From positions 37,933-81,058 of the forward strand of contig CALSCP010002371.1 in assembly GCA_943704425.1 (NCBI GenBank): a stretch of DNA of 43,126 nt, in the 5' to 3' direction. The notes under the pieces are model-generated. The model was not told where the DNA came from and searched no databases. It was given only the letters and a program-made list of their open reading frames with translations. Below are positions 20,400 to 35,752 of the stretch, one piece after another (position 1 is the stretch's first letter; each line of letters begins with the position of its first letter). Position numbers and translations under genes: made by a program. This DNA is from Ministeria vibrans ATCC 50519 (lineage: Eukaryota; Protista; Filasterea).

Positions 20400-21483
20400 A
20401 TGATGCTCAACTTACTCAACTATCGACTGTGGTCGGGTTTGGCAAGTGTAGTGCTTGCAATCTTGCTTGCACATCAGATCAGTGTCCATCAATCCTCTGA
20501 AGCACAAGACACTCCACATTTTGACGACTGCAAGTCTCTGTCAAGGCTGCTTGACGAAGCCACTCGCTCTCGTGATGGATCACATCAAGCTTCTTCTTTT
20601 GTGAGTCGCGGTGGAAACAAGGAAGTGTTTCGGGTCGAAGGATTTGCCGTTTCAGTGTGTCGTTGCTCACCCGCTGGAGTGCCATGGGAGTCGTCGAGTC
20701 TTCATGACAGACGATTACGCGACGACTGCAATCATGGCATTGAAATGAAGAGGTAGGCGGCGCCCGTATCTCCGTAGGGCTTATACTTTAGACTGCTTGA
20801 CAAAGTTGACGTGGATTGATGCGTTTTGTTTTTGCAGACTTTTCTCGCGGCGCTCTAAGGCGTTTGTGCCTCTTTTGGGCGCTTGCAACGACACCGCGTA
20901 TGTATCCGTGCCTGTGAGTATTTCGCCATTCTACGAGGATGGAACGGCACTGGAGTTTCTCGAGCGAACGCCACACTTGAGTTTCTCCGGTCGCGCAAAC
21001 ATCACTCTCGATTATCTTTGGGCCCTCACCGAGCTTCATCAGCGCCTGCCCGACAGCCCCTACGTCTTTTGCGACTCTAATACGCCCCATAAGATCCTCT
21101 CCCAGTTTCTAATGGTGGTCGAGCGCCGTCACACAAAGATAGTGCGCCTCAACGCACTCTTGAACGATCTCGACGCTCTTCCGAGTGCACGCGCACACCC
21201 CGTTCGCTGTGGCCACCAGTCGCTTGCTCACCTTAAAACGGTTGCCCCCGAGCAACGTCTTTCCACTGCTTCAACCACGGAAAAGTCGGATATCTGGAAG
21301 ATTCCACAAGTGGTGCGTCTCATCTTTGCGCCGATTCTCATTGAGCCAAATGTGCACCCTGGGTACATTGAGTGCATTGGGCGCCTGTTGGAGCGTCTCG
21401 ACAGTTTATGTCTATCAACTGTGCCCAACGAGCGGGCCAATGCTCACACAGTGTTTACGGAGGCCAAACGGATTCTCACTTGA
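20400..21483 (+). CDS. POMK: Protein O-mannose kinase (POMK/SGK196) homologue; exons 20400-20752 and 20838-21483
   Basis: N-terminal type II anchor (LWSGLASVVLAILLA), then GGNKEVF, DDCNHGIEMK, VPLLGAC, VFCDSNTPHKILSQFL, LLNDLDALP, VRCGH, VAPEQ, EKSDIWKIP and ERANAHTV. These match the POMK-specific motif series (MCDSN..KTLSQYL, ANDLDALP, KCGH, VAPEQ, EKIDIWKIP) in order. Confidence 0.85.
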
Positions 21484-21486
21484 ACG

Positions 21487-21573
21487 ATTTGGGGCGCCTC
21501 GAGAGTTTATGCCTCTCAACCGTGCCCGACGAGCCCACGCAGTGCTTACGAAATCCAAGCAAATTCTCATTAA
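21487..21573 (+). pseudogene. Decayed tandem duplicate of the POMK 3' coding end
   Basis: It aligns by eye to 21376-21480. It reads LGRLESLCLSTVPDE, then after a frameshifting deletion AHAVLTKSKQILI, versus the intact ERLDSLCLSTVPNERANAHTVFTEAKRILT. Confidence 0.7.
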
Positions 21574-21716
21574 TTTTGAAAGATTTTAGGCTCATGAGCA
21601 GTCGAAACGATCGACATGAGACCATGCCGATAGACAGACATGAACGGATATTTTCGTGTTTTACTGTTAAAGTGGGGGGACGGGTTAATGTACAACAGCG
21701 CGAGATGCACACACTC

Positions 21717-22072
21717 TCAGTTGATGACGGAGAGACTCATGAGAATGCCCATGGTCATGGTGAACAGAATGGGAAGCGTGAAAATGTGCCAGAGCGGCCA
21801 AAGACCAATGGTTGTGCTGTGCAGGAAAGGCAAGGAGTGAGAATGATACCATAGTAATGGCGGTGTGGTGTATGGTTGTGTACCAGATGACACCAACAAG
21901 CATGCAGGCGGTTGCAATGAACTTTGAAGGAGGATAGTATTCGGTAAAGTCAACACCAGGCACATTGACAAAAAAGGTCACCTGAAGGAGAGCGAATGAG
22001 TCTATCGCTTTGTCTCTCTATCACTTGTCTCTCTATCGCTTTCATCACTTTGTCTCTCTTTGTCTCTCTTTG

Positions 22073-22119
<47 letters not shown>

Positions 22120-22135
22120 CTTTGTATCTTTCTCC

Positions 22136-22232
<97 letters not shown>

Positions 22233-23603
22233 ACGTAAATGTACATTCCCAAGCCAATAAGGAAGTTTGCTCCAATGAAGAGTACACCATAGTTGAGCAT
22301 AGGTCTGTGCACAGAGAGTAGAGGAGAGAGTGAGAGTAACAAAACATTTTTTTTTTTGGTTTTAAAGGTTTGTCTCTTTTTGAAAAAACGACAACGATGA
22401 AATGACTGTACCTGTTGACACGCTCATCGTAGAGGACCGTTGCTAGGAAGTCGGTGTAGTAGAACAGGACGACGGCGGCGAAGAACCACAGAAGTCGATC
22501 AAAAGTGTATTTTGAGTCGGATTCCATTTCTTGGCGCAACTGGCGAGTCTGAATAGATCAAGAGTAGCCGGGCCGTTGAGCGTAAGCGATATGCAGATGG
22601 AGAGATGGGAAATATGTGCAATTGAGAAAATTGGGATATTTTGAGAAATTTTTTTGGAGTAGTAATTATTTTTGGATTGATCAATGATGGGATTTGGATT
22701 TACTCGGAAGCACAGTGGAAAACGCGAATACGGCAATACCCATACTCATAAACTCATTGGTGATTAGATGCTATATGACCCAAGCCAATGGCGTCATGGG
22801 ATGCTCATTTGATCGCAACTATCGCTTGTGCGTTCCTCACAAACATATTATAAACAAACCATCAGCAAATAAACGAGCCAAGTCGAAAAAATGAACAGAT
22901 CCAGCAGCACGACCCCGTTCATTCATGGTATGATTACGGAAGAGCATTTTTGACAGAAGGGCAGCGACGGTAGGGCAGCGGCAAAGGCGTGCGGTGGCGA
23001 AATTGGGTTCAATTAGGAGGGCTTGACAAAGAGGCGCGCGCTCTGGTCTGGGAGAGAAGGAGACGCTGCTGGGGCCGGGGGGGCGCCGTCATGCCGCGGT
23101 GGTAGGTCTATGCGTGGCATGCTGGAGGAATGAGCCGGCGAGGAGAAGCGGTGGGCGTTTGAGGAGCGACTGACAGTCAACAGAGCGTTGCTGTGTGAAA
23201 TGAGCGGATACGCAAAAATGAGAGAGGATGGAGACACGGCTGTGGCATATGTGCAACAGTAGGATGCATAGCATCACCGCAGACGCTCAAGAATGCGCGC
23301 AAACCAGTCTGGTTGCGTATCGGACCTTTTTGGAAAGTCCTCGCTTTTTTAGCGATCCGACAAACGAACCAAAAGGAGCGCAGACGAGAGAGTATACGGC
23401 AGCAGAAGACACGGCGCGGAGAGGGGGGTTGACTCATTTTGTGATGTGTGAGTCGCGAGGGAGGGCAAAGCAGGCGTGGGGCGCAGCGGGCGAGGCGAAG
23501 TGCGTACCGCAGGGACAGTGCGATCTCCGCGCGACTGAAGTGCGTGCAGTCGCTCCCGCGTGGCAAAGAAGGCTGCTGCTCCGGCCGTTTCCGAAAATGA
23601 CAT
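21717..23603 (-). CDS. TMEM128: TMEM128-like small multi-pass membrane protein (first exon 23603-23508 tentative; alternative start ATG 22527)
   Basis: Spliced product includes LLWFFAAVVLFYYTDFL, DFTEYYPPSKFIATACMLVGVI and IGLWPLWHIFTLPILFTMTMGILMSL. These resemble the TMEM128 motifs (FWILASI..YY.DF; Y.VKYP..IPITT; IALWHVWSFFTPLLLFT.FMG). Confidence 0.7.
22061..22227. repeat. (CT)n microsatellites in an intron
   Basis: Long pure ct dinucleotide runs. Confidence 0.95.
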
Positions 23604-24032
23604 TGTGCGGGTTGGTGGAGAGGCGGGGGAAGGAAGAATCACCGCAAGGCGTGACAGACAAGGAAGTACGAAAGAATTGAAAAAACGAATACAATAACAA
23701 ATGACTGAGTGAATTGAGGCAGTTTGGTTGTTTAAGCTTCGCACCAGCTTACAGCTACTTACTGAGCGTATCGTAAACTAACAAGCTGCATGCGACATGC
23801 CGGTGAAGTCACAAACTGCAAGTCACAATGTACGGTGGATTCGCATGCACGTACGATCGCCGCGAGTGGTAACTCAGTCGCAAGAAACTTACTCAAATAA
23901 CAACAATGTAAAAATCAATTTGTCTCAACTCTCAATTCTCATTTCTTTTCATCTTCAGTTCTTCACACATCTTTGAGCCTTAGAGCACCTTTTTCTTATC
24001 AAGTCTTCTGAAAAGCTCTTTTCCTTCTGATC

Positions 24033-28705
<4,673 letters not shown>

Positions 28706-28975
28706 CACATACATATATAATAATGACGTTCGCGCCAGTTAATATTAATGTACAATATTAAAATAACAATAAAATAAGAAACATGAATGAGCTGTACTCA
28801 AATAATAACATAAAATATTTAATAATTATTATTATTATAACAATCATTAATTATGACTATTATTTTACCTGTTCTTAATTTCACTTCATTTATAATAACA
28901 ATTATTATTATTATTTATTGAAATTCACGTCATAATAGTATTGAGTACAGCTCTCGATTTATTTATTTTCCTAAA

Positions 28976-28978
28976 TTA

Positions 28979-29050
<72 letters not shown>
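28976..29050. repeat. (TAA)n intergenic microsatellite
   Basis: Run of ata/taa triplets upstream of the Rab gene. Confidence 0.95.
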
Positions 29051-29052
<2 letters not shown>

Positions 29053-29107
29053 TACAACTCACAAGTGACAACAAAATTTTTATTTCTTTTAATTGTCGTA
29101 CATTTCC

Positions 29108-30330
29108 ATGGAGGAAACAGACGGCGGCATCTCCGAGGAGCATCTGTACAAGGTGCTGGTCATTGGCGACTATGCGGTTGGAAAGGTACAAATCCCGAAA
29201 ATCTCACTTTAGGGTTCGACGCATCGCATGCTGCGCGGCCGCATGTGCTGCCTGTCTCTGAGGGTGTCCTGGCCGAGCCGTGCGGCGGGGCTGCACGCTG
29301 ATTTTGTCTGTATTTCTCTTGTCATGAGTTCATCCAAAATGTTCCGTCCTTTGTGTTTGCTCAGACTTCGCTGATTCGAAGATATGTCGACGGAATATTC
29401 ACGCCAAACTACAAGCTGACGATTGGAGTGGACTTTGCGCTTAAGGTAACCGGTGGAAAGCTATGCAAATCCTATTGGGATTGTCCCCCAAAACGCAAAA
29501 AATGAGTCTTCAGCCTTTTGAGACTTTTGTGTGTTTTCCCAATTCCGTTTGTCAGCAACTCGACTGGGAGAACGAGTCCAAGATCAACCTCCAGCTGTGG
29601 GACATTGCGGGACACGAGCGGTTTGGACATATGACGCATGTTTACTTCAAGTAAGAGAGAGAGACACACACACACACATTGACTGAATAGTGTTTGTCTC
29701 ACTGTGTTGCGTCTGTCAGGTACGCCATTGCTGCAATTGTGGTGTTTGACGTGACGCGACCCGCGACGTTTGAGAGTGTACTAAAGTGGAGCGATGAGGT
29801 CAACGACAAAATCTCCCTGTCCAACGGCGATCCGATTCCCATTGTCATGCTGGCCAACAAGGCGGATTTGGAGCCGGAAGAGCTTGACAAAGAAAAGGTA
29901 CGGCAAAGAATGAGAATGGTACACTCACCACTTGTATTGATCACTTTGTGTGGGCCTGGTGGGCGTGTAGTTGGATGCGTTTTGCGTCGAACACGGATTT
30001 CTCGCGTGGTTTCCCACGTCAGCCAAAGACAACACAAACATTGGTTGGGCCTCTTTCGATTGCCATTGTGGTTGCTTTAACCTCTCTTCCTGTTTCTTGC
30101 TTGTTTTATTTTCTTTTGTAATGTTTTTAGAGGGTGCCTTCAACAGATTGGTTGAGGAAATTCTAAAGGTCGCAAAGGAAAACGAAAACAAGCCACGAGA
30201 GCAATTTGTAAAGGTGAGTGACTGGATTGCATTGCGGTGCGGTAGGGTGTCTGACCGGTCATTGTTGTAGGTAACCAGTGAGGCCACCGCCAGTTCCAAT
30301 TCAACTACCAGTACCCAATGTTGCGAGTGA
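29108..30330 (+). CDS. RAB32: Rab32/38-family GTPase, Rab32B type (7 exons)
   Basis: Spliced product EHLYKVLVIGDYAVGKTSLIRRY, YKLTIGVDFALK, LQLWDIAGHERFGHMTHVYFKYA, LANKADL, WFPTSAKDN, ending in the prenylation motif QCCE*. WDIAG is diagnostic of Rab32/38. Confidence 0.92.
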
Positions 30331-30670
30331 TTCATATAAAATTATTACGTCTTGTTCAGTGTGTTGTTTCTGTTCGAAGAAGTTTCAGTTTCAGTTTGTT
30401 CCCGACCTGTGTGTTTGACTAGTAGGGACCATTTTGCACTACTGTAGTGCTATATCTGATATCTCCTGTGCGCATATTTTGTGTCACAAAAGTGAAAAAC
30501 CCCCCAGAGTGCGAAGTGAGTGTGAGTGTCACTGGCTGATAGTTTCACACACACACACACACAGTTTTTCACTTTTTTTTATTCACCCTTCTGCCTTCCA
30601 CCACCAAAAGTCTTTGTCTCGTAACTCGTTTTTACTCTCTGCCAACTGCAGAGTGCGGACGTTGATCAGA

Positions 30671-32784
30671 ATGATGATATGGCTGCTGGGTTCGCTGATG
30701 GATCATCTTGTGTTGCGTCCTCTCGAAACGATTGTCAACATCTTCAGCGCGACATCCGTCTCTTCCAACCCATACCTCGACGAGGCGACTAACTATGGTA
30801 GGCGTCGCCTTGCCGACTGGTCAAGGATACGCATTGTGTTTACTCGCATGAAGTGCGGCTAATAAATTATGTCCTCCCGACTCACTCTCAGGGCCAGTTC
30901 GCGAAGAGACCAGGCCCACACCACTAAAAGTGACTCGTGGCGCGATTCCCGAAGAACTCCGTGGTGAATTCGTTCGCAATGGCCCAAATCCGAAGTTCAT
31001 TCCGAACGGTAGTTACTATGATAATAATTTATGTGTCTCACACGCACTATGACTCAACTCACGTTCAACTCACGCAGGACTCTACCACTGGTTTGATGGC
31101 GACGGCATGCTACATGGCGTGCGACTCCAGGACGACGGAAGGGCCGTGTACGTGGCGCGCTGGGTTGCGACGAAGAGACTTGCCAACGAAGTGCACTTCG
31201 GGCGCACTATGTCGCTACGCATTGGCGAACTGCGTGGCGTTGCGGGGCTGATCAAGATCCTCATCGCGACCATTCGTCAGCTGTTTGGTCGCATCCCAGA
31301 CCTGCTGCTGGACGGCGGCACCGCCAACACGGCGCTGCAGTTTCACGACGGTCGTCTCCTGGCGCTTGTTGAGAGTTCACTTCCGTCGGAAATTCGCATT
31401 GAAAGCAATGGCGATCTGCTCACTCGAGGTAGAAACAGAACCAAAGACACATCCGCGTGTGCGGTGAAAAAAAGGATAGCTTACCCTTCTTTGACTTGGG
31501 CGTAGGCGTGTTCGACTACATGGGTCAGCTCAAGCACCCTTTCACTGCGCATCCCAAAGTGGATCCGCTCACAAACGAAATGGTCTTTTTTGGCTACCAG
31601 ACACGCACCAAGACACCCCAGAAGACACTCGCGGACCGGTACTTTCAGCTGAGCACCGCCCAGGCGTCTTCCTCCTCCTCTTCGTCGTCCCCGCCCATCC
31701 TGCGTGCGCCCGTCGGTATTACTCTGCGCGCGCCCGTCATGATCCACGACTTTGCCATCACTGAGCACTATGCCATTGTGCCGGATCTTTCTCTGCGCTT
31801 TTGTCCCAAGTCCATGGTCAATGAGGGAAAGTACGACACACTTACTGTCACTGAGTGCGCTGAGTAAGACGAACCCCATTTCTTTAGAGGTGTCTATGTG
31901 TTTGAGGAGGTTCCCTCGCGCTGGGGACTGATCCGCCGTGATGCTACAGACGACTCTGCGATCCAATGGTTTACGTGCGAACCATGCTTTGTGTTCCACT
32001 TCTTCAATGCACACGAGGAGACGGATGCGAACACGGGCGAAGTGACAGTGGTGCTCACAGGATGTCGCACGCGCAAAATGGATTTGGATGAGATTGCTCG
32101 CGCCTCGTCGGCGTCGTCTGCTTCGTCGAGTGAGGCGAGTTGCGCATCCAGTGGTTTGAGCTATGCGGATGAAATGCGGCCATTGGTGCACGAGTGGCGA
32201 TTCAACATAAGCAGTGGGGCGAGCAGTGAGCGCATTCTGCAGCGCACAGAGGCGTGTGAATTCCCGCGTGTGCATCCTGCGCTCGTGGGAAGAAAGGCGC
32301 GCATCGGATGGGCAGTGCGTGTGCTGGGTGTCGGCGATGCAGTGCGGGTAGGAGAGTCACCGCAAGCGACCGCGGTGAGCAAAGGGGTGTTGTTGGACGC
32401 GTGTCTCAAGTTGGACCTGGGGACGGGTCGTGTGCTCGCGCGGCATGTCTTTGGCGATGGTTGCTATGGGGGGGAGTGTGTGTTTGTACCGCGCACTCCA
32501 CTCTCGCCACTCACACGCGACTTGCCCATCGACGAAGAGGACGGGTTCCTTCTGACATACATTCACACGCTCGGACAGAGCCATTCTCGTCTGCTCGTAC
32601 TCGATGCAACCGATCTCAAGCCACTCTGTGAGCTCCAAGTACTTACGTTCCCAAGTCTCACAGGAAGCATTGTGTTCACTCACTCTCTCTTTCTTGCTCT
32701 CTTTTTTAGCTGCCCAGTCGAGTACCGTGGGGCTTTCACGGCCATTGGGTGACGCGCGATGACATTCTCAGTCAAAGGCAGTGA
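30671..32784 (+). CDS. Carotenoid cleavage dioxygenase (RPE65 family, CCD1-like); 5' end uncertain
   Basis: GEFVRNGPNP and YHWFDGDGMLHG, then GTANT. Four Fe-ligand His are present in FTAHPKVDP, MIHDFAITE, VFHFFNA and RVPWGFHG. EFPRV, GGECVFVP and EEDGFL are also present. Confidence 0.92.
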
Positions 32785-33052
32785 GTAAAATTACTAATCA
32801 ATTGAAATAAAAAGGAAAATGGACTATGAAAAGGCATCGTCCCTTGGCCTTTGAGCAGTACAGTGGCATACAGCAATGGTGCAAAAAGAAAAAAAGAAAG
32901 GAAGGTGAACACGGCTCACACTTAGTGAGTGAGTCCGATGTAGAGCAAAAGATGCACTAAAAAGTGTGAATTTGCTTGAACAAACTGAGTGAATCAGCAA
33001 CTTAGAGTGCAACAACAACATTCAAACGCAGACGCAAAGACGGCATAGTTAT

Positions 33053-33802
33053 TTATTTATTTGCTTGTTCCACAACCTTCTCAAGTTCACCCGATTGCGC
33101 CATTTCCTAACGAGCAAAGCCTGTTACGACACAATAAAAAGAAACACTCAATGTGGTGTGCCACTGACCTTTACAATGTCAAGACCGCCCAAAAGCTCAC
33201 CGTTGGCATACAGCTGAGGGAACGTGGGCCAATCCGAGAACTCCTTCAGACCCGCACGGACGGCCGGATCCGACAGAATGTCAAACGCTCCGTAGCACAC
33301 GCCATGCTCCGCCAGAAGCGCAACCATTTGCCTGTCGACAGAGTGAGAGTGGGTGAGTTTGAGTCAGTCCAAGTGGATCAGGGTAACATTTCTATTAATA
33401 TATATACCGAGAAAAGCCACACTGAGGCTGTGCAGGAACACCCTTCATGAAGAGCATGACGGGCGCCATACGCACCAGTTTGCTGAGGCGCTCCTTCAGC
33501 GCGCCTTCTTTGTCGTCGGTTGCTTTTTCTCCCTCACTCACTGTCTCCTTTGCCTCGCTCCCATTCTTCTCACTCGCGTTCTCTATATACAATCACATGA
33601 CAGACCATCGCCGACACTACACAGACACACACAAGTCTTTACTGATTCTCGGCAGTTCGTTGAGTTCTCCGCTCTTCTGCGCCTCTTTGACTATGTCCAG
33701 TCCGCCCAACAGCTCACCCTTATGAAACAGCATTGGGAAGGTGGGCCAGTCAAACAACGTTTTCATGCCCGATCGAACCTATTGAATTACAATTATTATT
33801 AA

Positions 33803-33837
<35 letters not shown>

Positions 33838-34621
33838 GTACTAATTATCTTATGGGAACATTGTGCATCTTACGTTTTCATCGGAGAGAATATCAAAGCT
33901 GCCATAGTCAATGTTCTCCTCCTGAAGAAGCGCCACCATCTGACGAGAAAAGCCACAGCGTGGAGCAGACGGAATGCCCTTCATGAAGAGCATGACAGGA
34001 CAGGCGTTGGCAAGGTTCTTGAGGCGCTGCGTCTCAGCCTCGGCCGAGCCACTGGGTTGAGCTGCGCTGGCGACATGCGCTGAATTGGTCGTCGACGTAC
34101 CGCTCGCTGCCGTGGCGTACACCGCCGCATGCTGGGTAATCAACTTGCGCAGCGTCGGCACGTCTGCTCCGTCGAGGCGCGAGAGGATCTCGTTGCTCTA
34201 CAGTGTGCATGTGAGCTGAGTGTGAAACAGTGTGTCTGTGTGAGTGTGTCACTTTGGCGATGTACCTTGACAAGAAGCACAGTGGGCACCGCGACAACCT
34301 TCATTTTCTCGCTCGCATCAGGCACAGCCTCCGCCTCAACCTGCAGCGCGGCAGAACGTTACAAACGTGCGATGTGTGAGCATTTTCGTACTCGAGCAAA
34401 GTGCACTGAGGTGTTACGGCGCGCCAGCGCCCCCAGAGCCGCGTCCATCTGTCGGCACGGCTCGGCCCAGTCGGCCCAGAAGTGCATGACGACAAGGGCA
34501 GGCCCAGCAGCCGCGAGGAAGGCGTCCATCTGAAAATGCGGCGCCGGAGGGTGAGCGAACAAACGGAGGCAGTCAGCGCACAAATCACCTCAGCAACGCT
34601 AGCAAGAGAAGACACGGTCAT
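33053..34621 (-). CDS. GLRX3: Glutaredoxin-3 / PICOT (thioredoxin-like domain plus two monothiol CGFS glutaredoxin domains)
   Basis: [10 protein letters not shown] Trx domain, then two copies of [14 protein letters not shown]...FDILSD..VR...WPTFP.L...[11 protein letters not shown] across GT-AG-spliced exons. Confidence 0.93.
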
Positions 34622-34768
34622 GTTGAATTCGTAGAAAGGAGCGTGGAAGAGAGAAAAGAAAAATGTGTGTGAAAAATGAAAATAGATTGAGAAATGACTA
34701 ATGAGAGATTGATCATGAATATAATAATAATAATTATTATGAATAATATTTTATCACTTCCTTTCAAT

Positions 34769-35695
34769 ATGTTGGTGCTCTTCCTCCTCATAATGACCGC
34801 CGCGGTGCACGCCGCAAATGTCACCACGATCCAGAATGAGTTCATAGGTGCCTCGGTCGATCTCGAGCATGGCTGCTCGCTGTCGGGCGCGTTTGACATC
34901 CACAACCGAATCAATCTCATCAACACTTTTGATCTCGGGCGTTACGTCCAAGCGAGCTACTACTCGGGGCCCGACCCCTACGATGGATGTAGATGGCGCT
35001 CTCAGCCCTGGCCGTGGAATCCAATCTCCGCCGGCGACTCTCACGGCCACGCTGCGACCGTTTTAAGTTTCACGTAAGCACAAACACACACAATCATCAC
35101 AAACAACTCATGTCTGTTTAGTGCAACTGACACATCCGTCAACTGCACCATCCGTCCAATGCAGTGGGCGTGTGACAACGTCCCTTGCGAGTGTACCATT
35201 CAAATGTCGTACCACCTGGAAGGCTCAACGGTGCGCGCAACGTACACCCTTGACAACGAACGCAGTGACAAGACGGCGTACCCGGCGCAAAGCCAAGAGA
35301 TCCCCGCCGTCTATGTGAACGCTCCGCTAAACCGTCTCTATGGCTACACTGGCGCTCACCCGTGCACCAACGACACGCTCACCCTTTTCCCGTCGGGCTG
35401 GAACAACAGTGCGGCCGACCCTTGGATTCCCGGCAATGTCCGCCTCACAGAGCCCTGGCTTGCCTTTGTCCAGCCCGACTCGTTTGGCGTCGGCGTCTGG
35501 AGCAATGCGACACTCGAGTTCAAAGGGGGATTCTCCGGCACAAAGGGGCCCGGCGACACACACAGTGCGTCCACTGGCTACATTGCGCCCCTTTCAACCG
35601 TTGCGCTTCCCTGGAACGCCCGCTACACTTACCGCTATGCCATCATTCTGGGCAACCTAGTTGACATTCGCGCAACCGCTTGTCGACTCAAGTGA
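34769..35695 (+). CDS. Secreted protein of unknown function (~290 aa); exons 34769-35073 and 35122-35695
   Basis: Signal peptide MLVLFLLIMTAAVHA. A 48-nt GT-AG intron joins two ORFs in frame. Globular, aromatic-rich sequence (NLINTFDLGRYVQASYYSGP, WNPISAGD, PMQW, QEIPAVY, TGYIAP). Confidence 0.8.
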
Positions 35696-35752
35696 CCGTC
35701 ATCATACAAGGATGCAAATGGACTGTACAGAAGAGATAAAAGACATTTTTTT

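Noticed and set aside
21950-22342. RE-repeat or SL-repeat proteins
   Set aside because: These are translations of intronic (CT/GA)n microsatellites. The same applies at 37054-37381.
23228-23680. 150-aa plus-strand ORF as a gene
   Set aside because: It has no recognisable motifs and lies antisense to the probable TMEM128-like first exon and intron. It is kept only as part of the long-intron finding.
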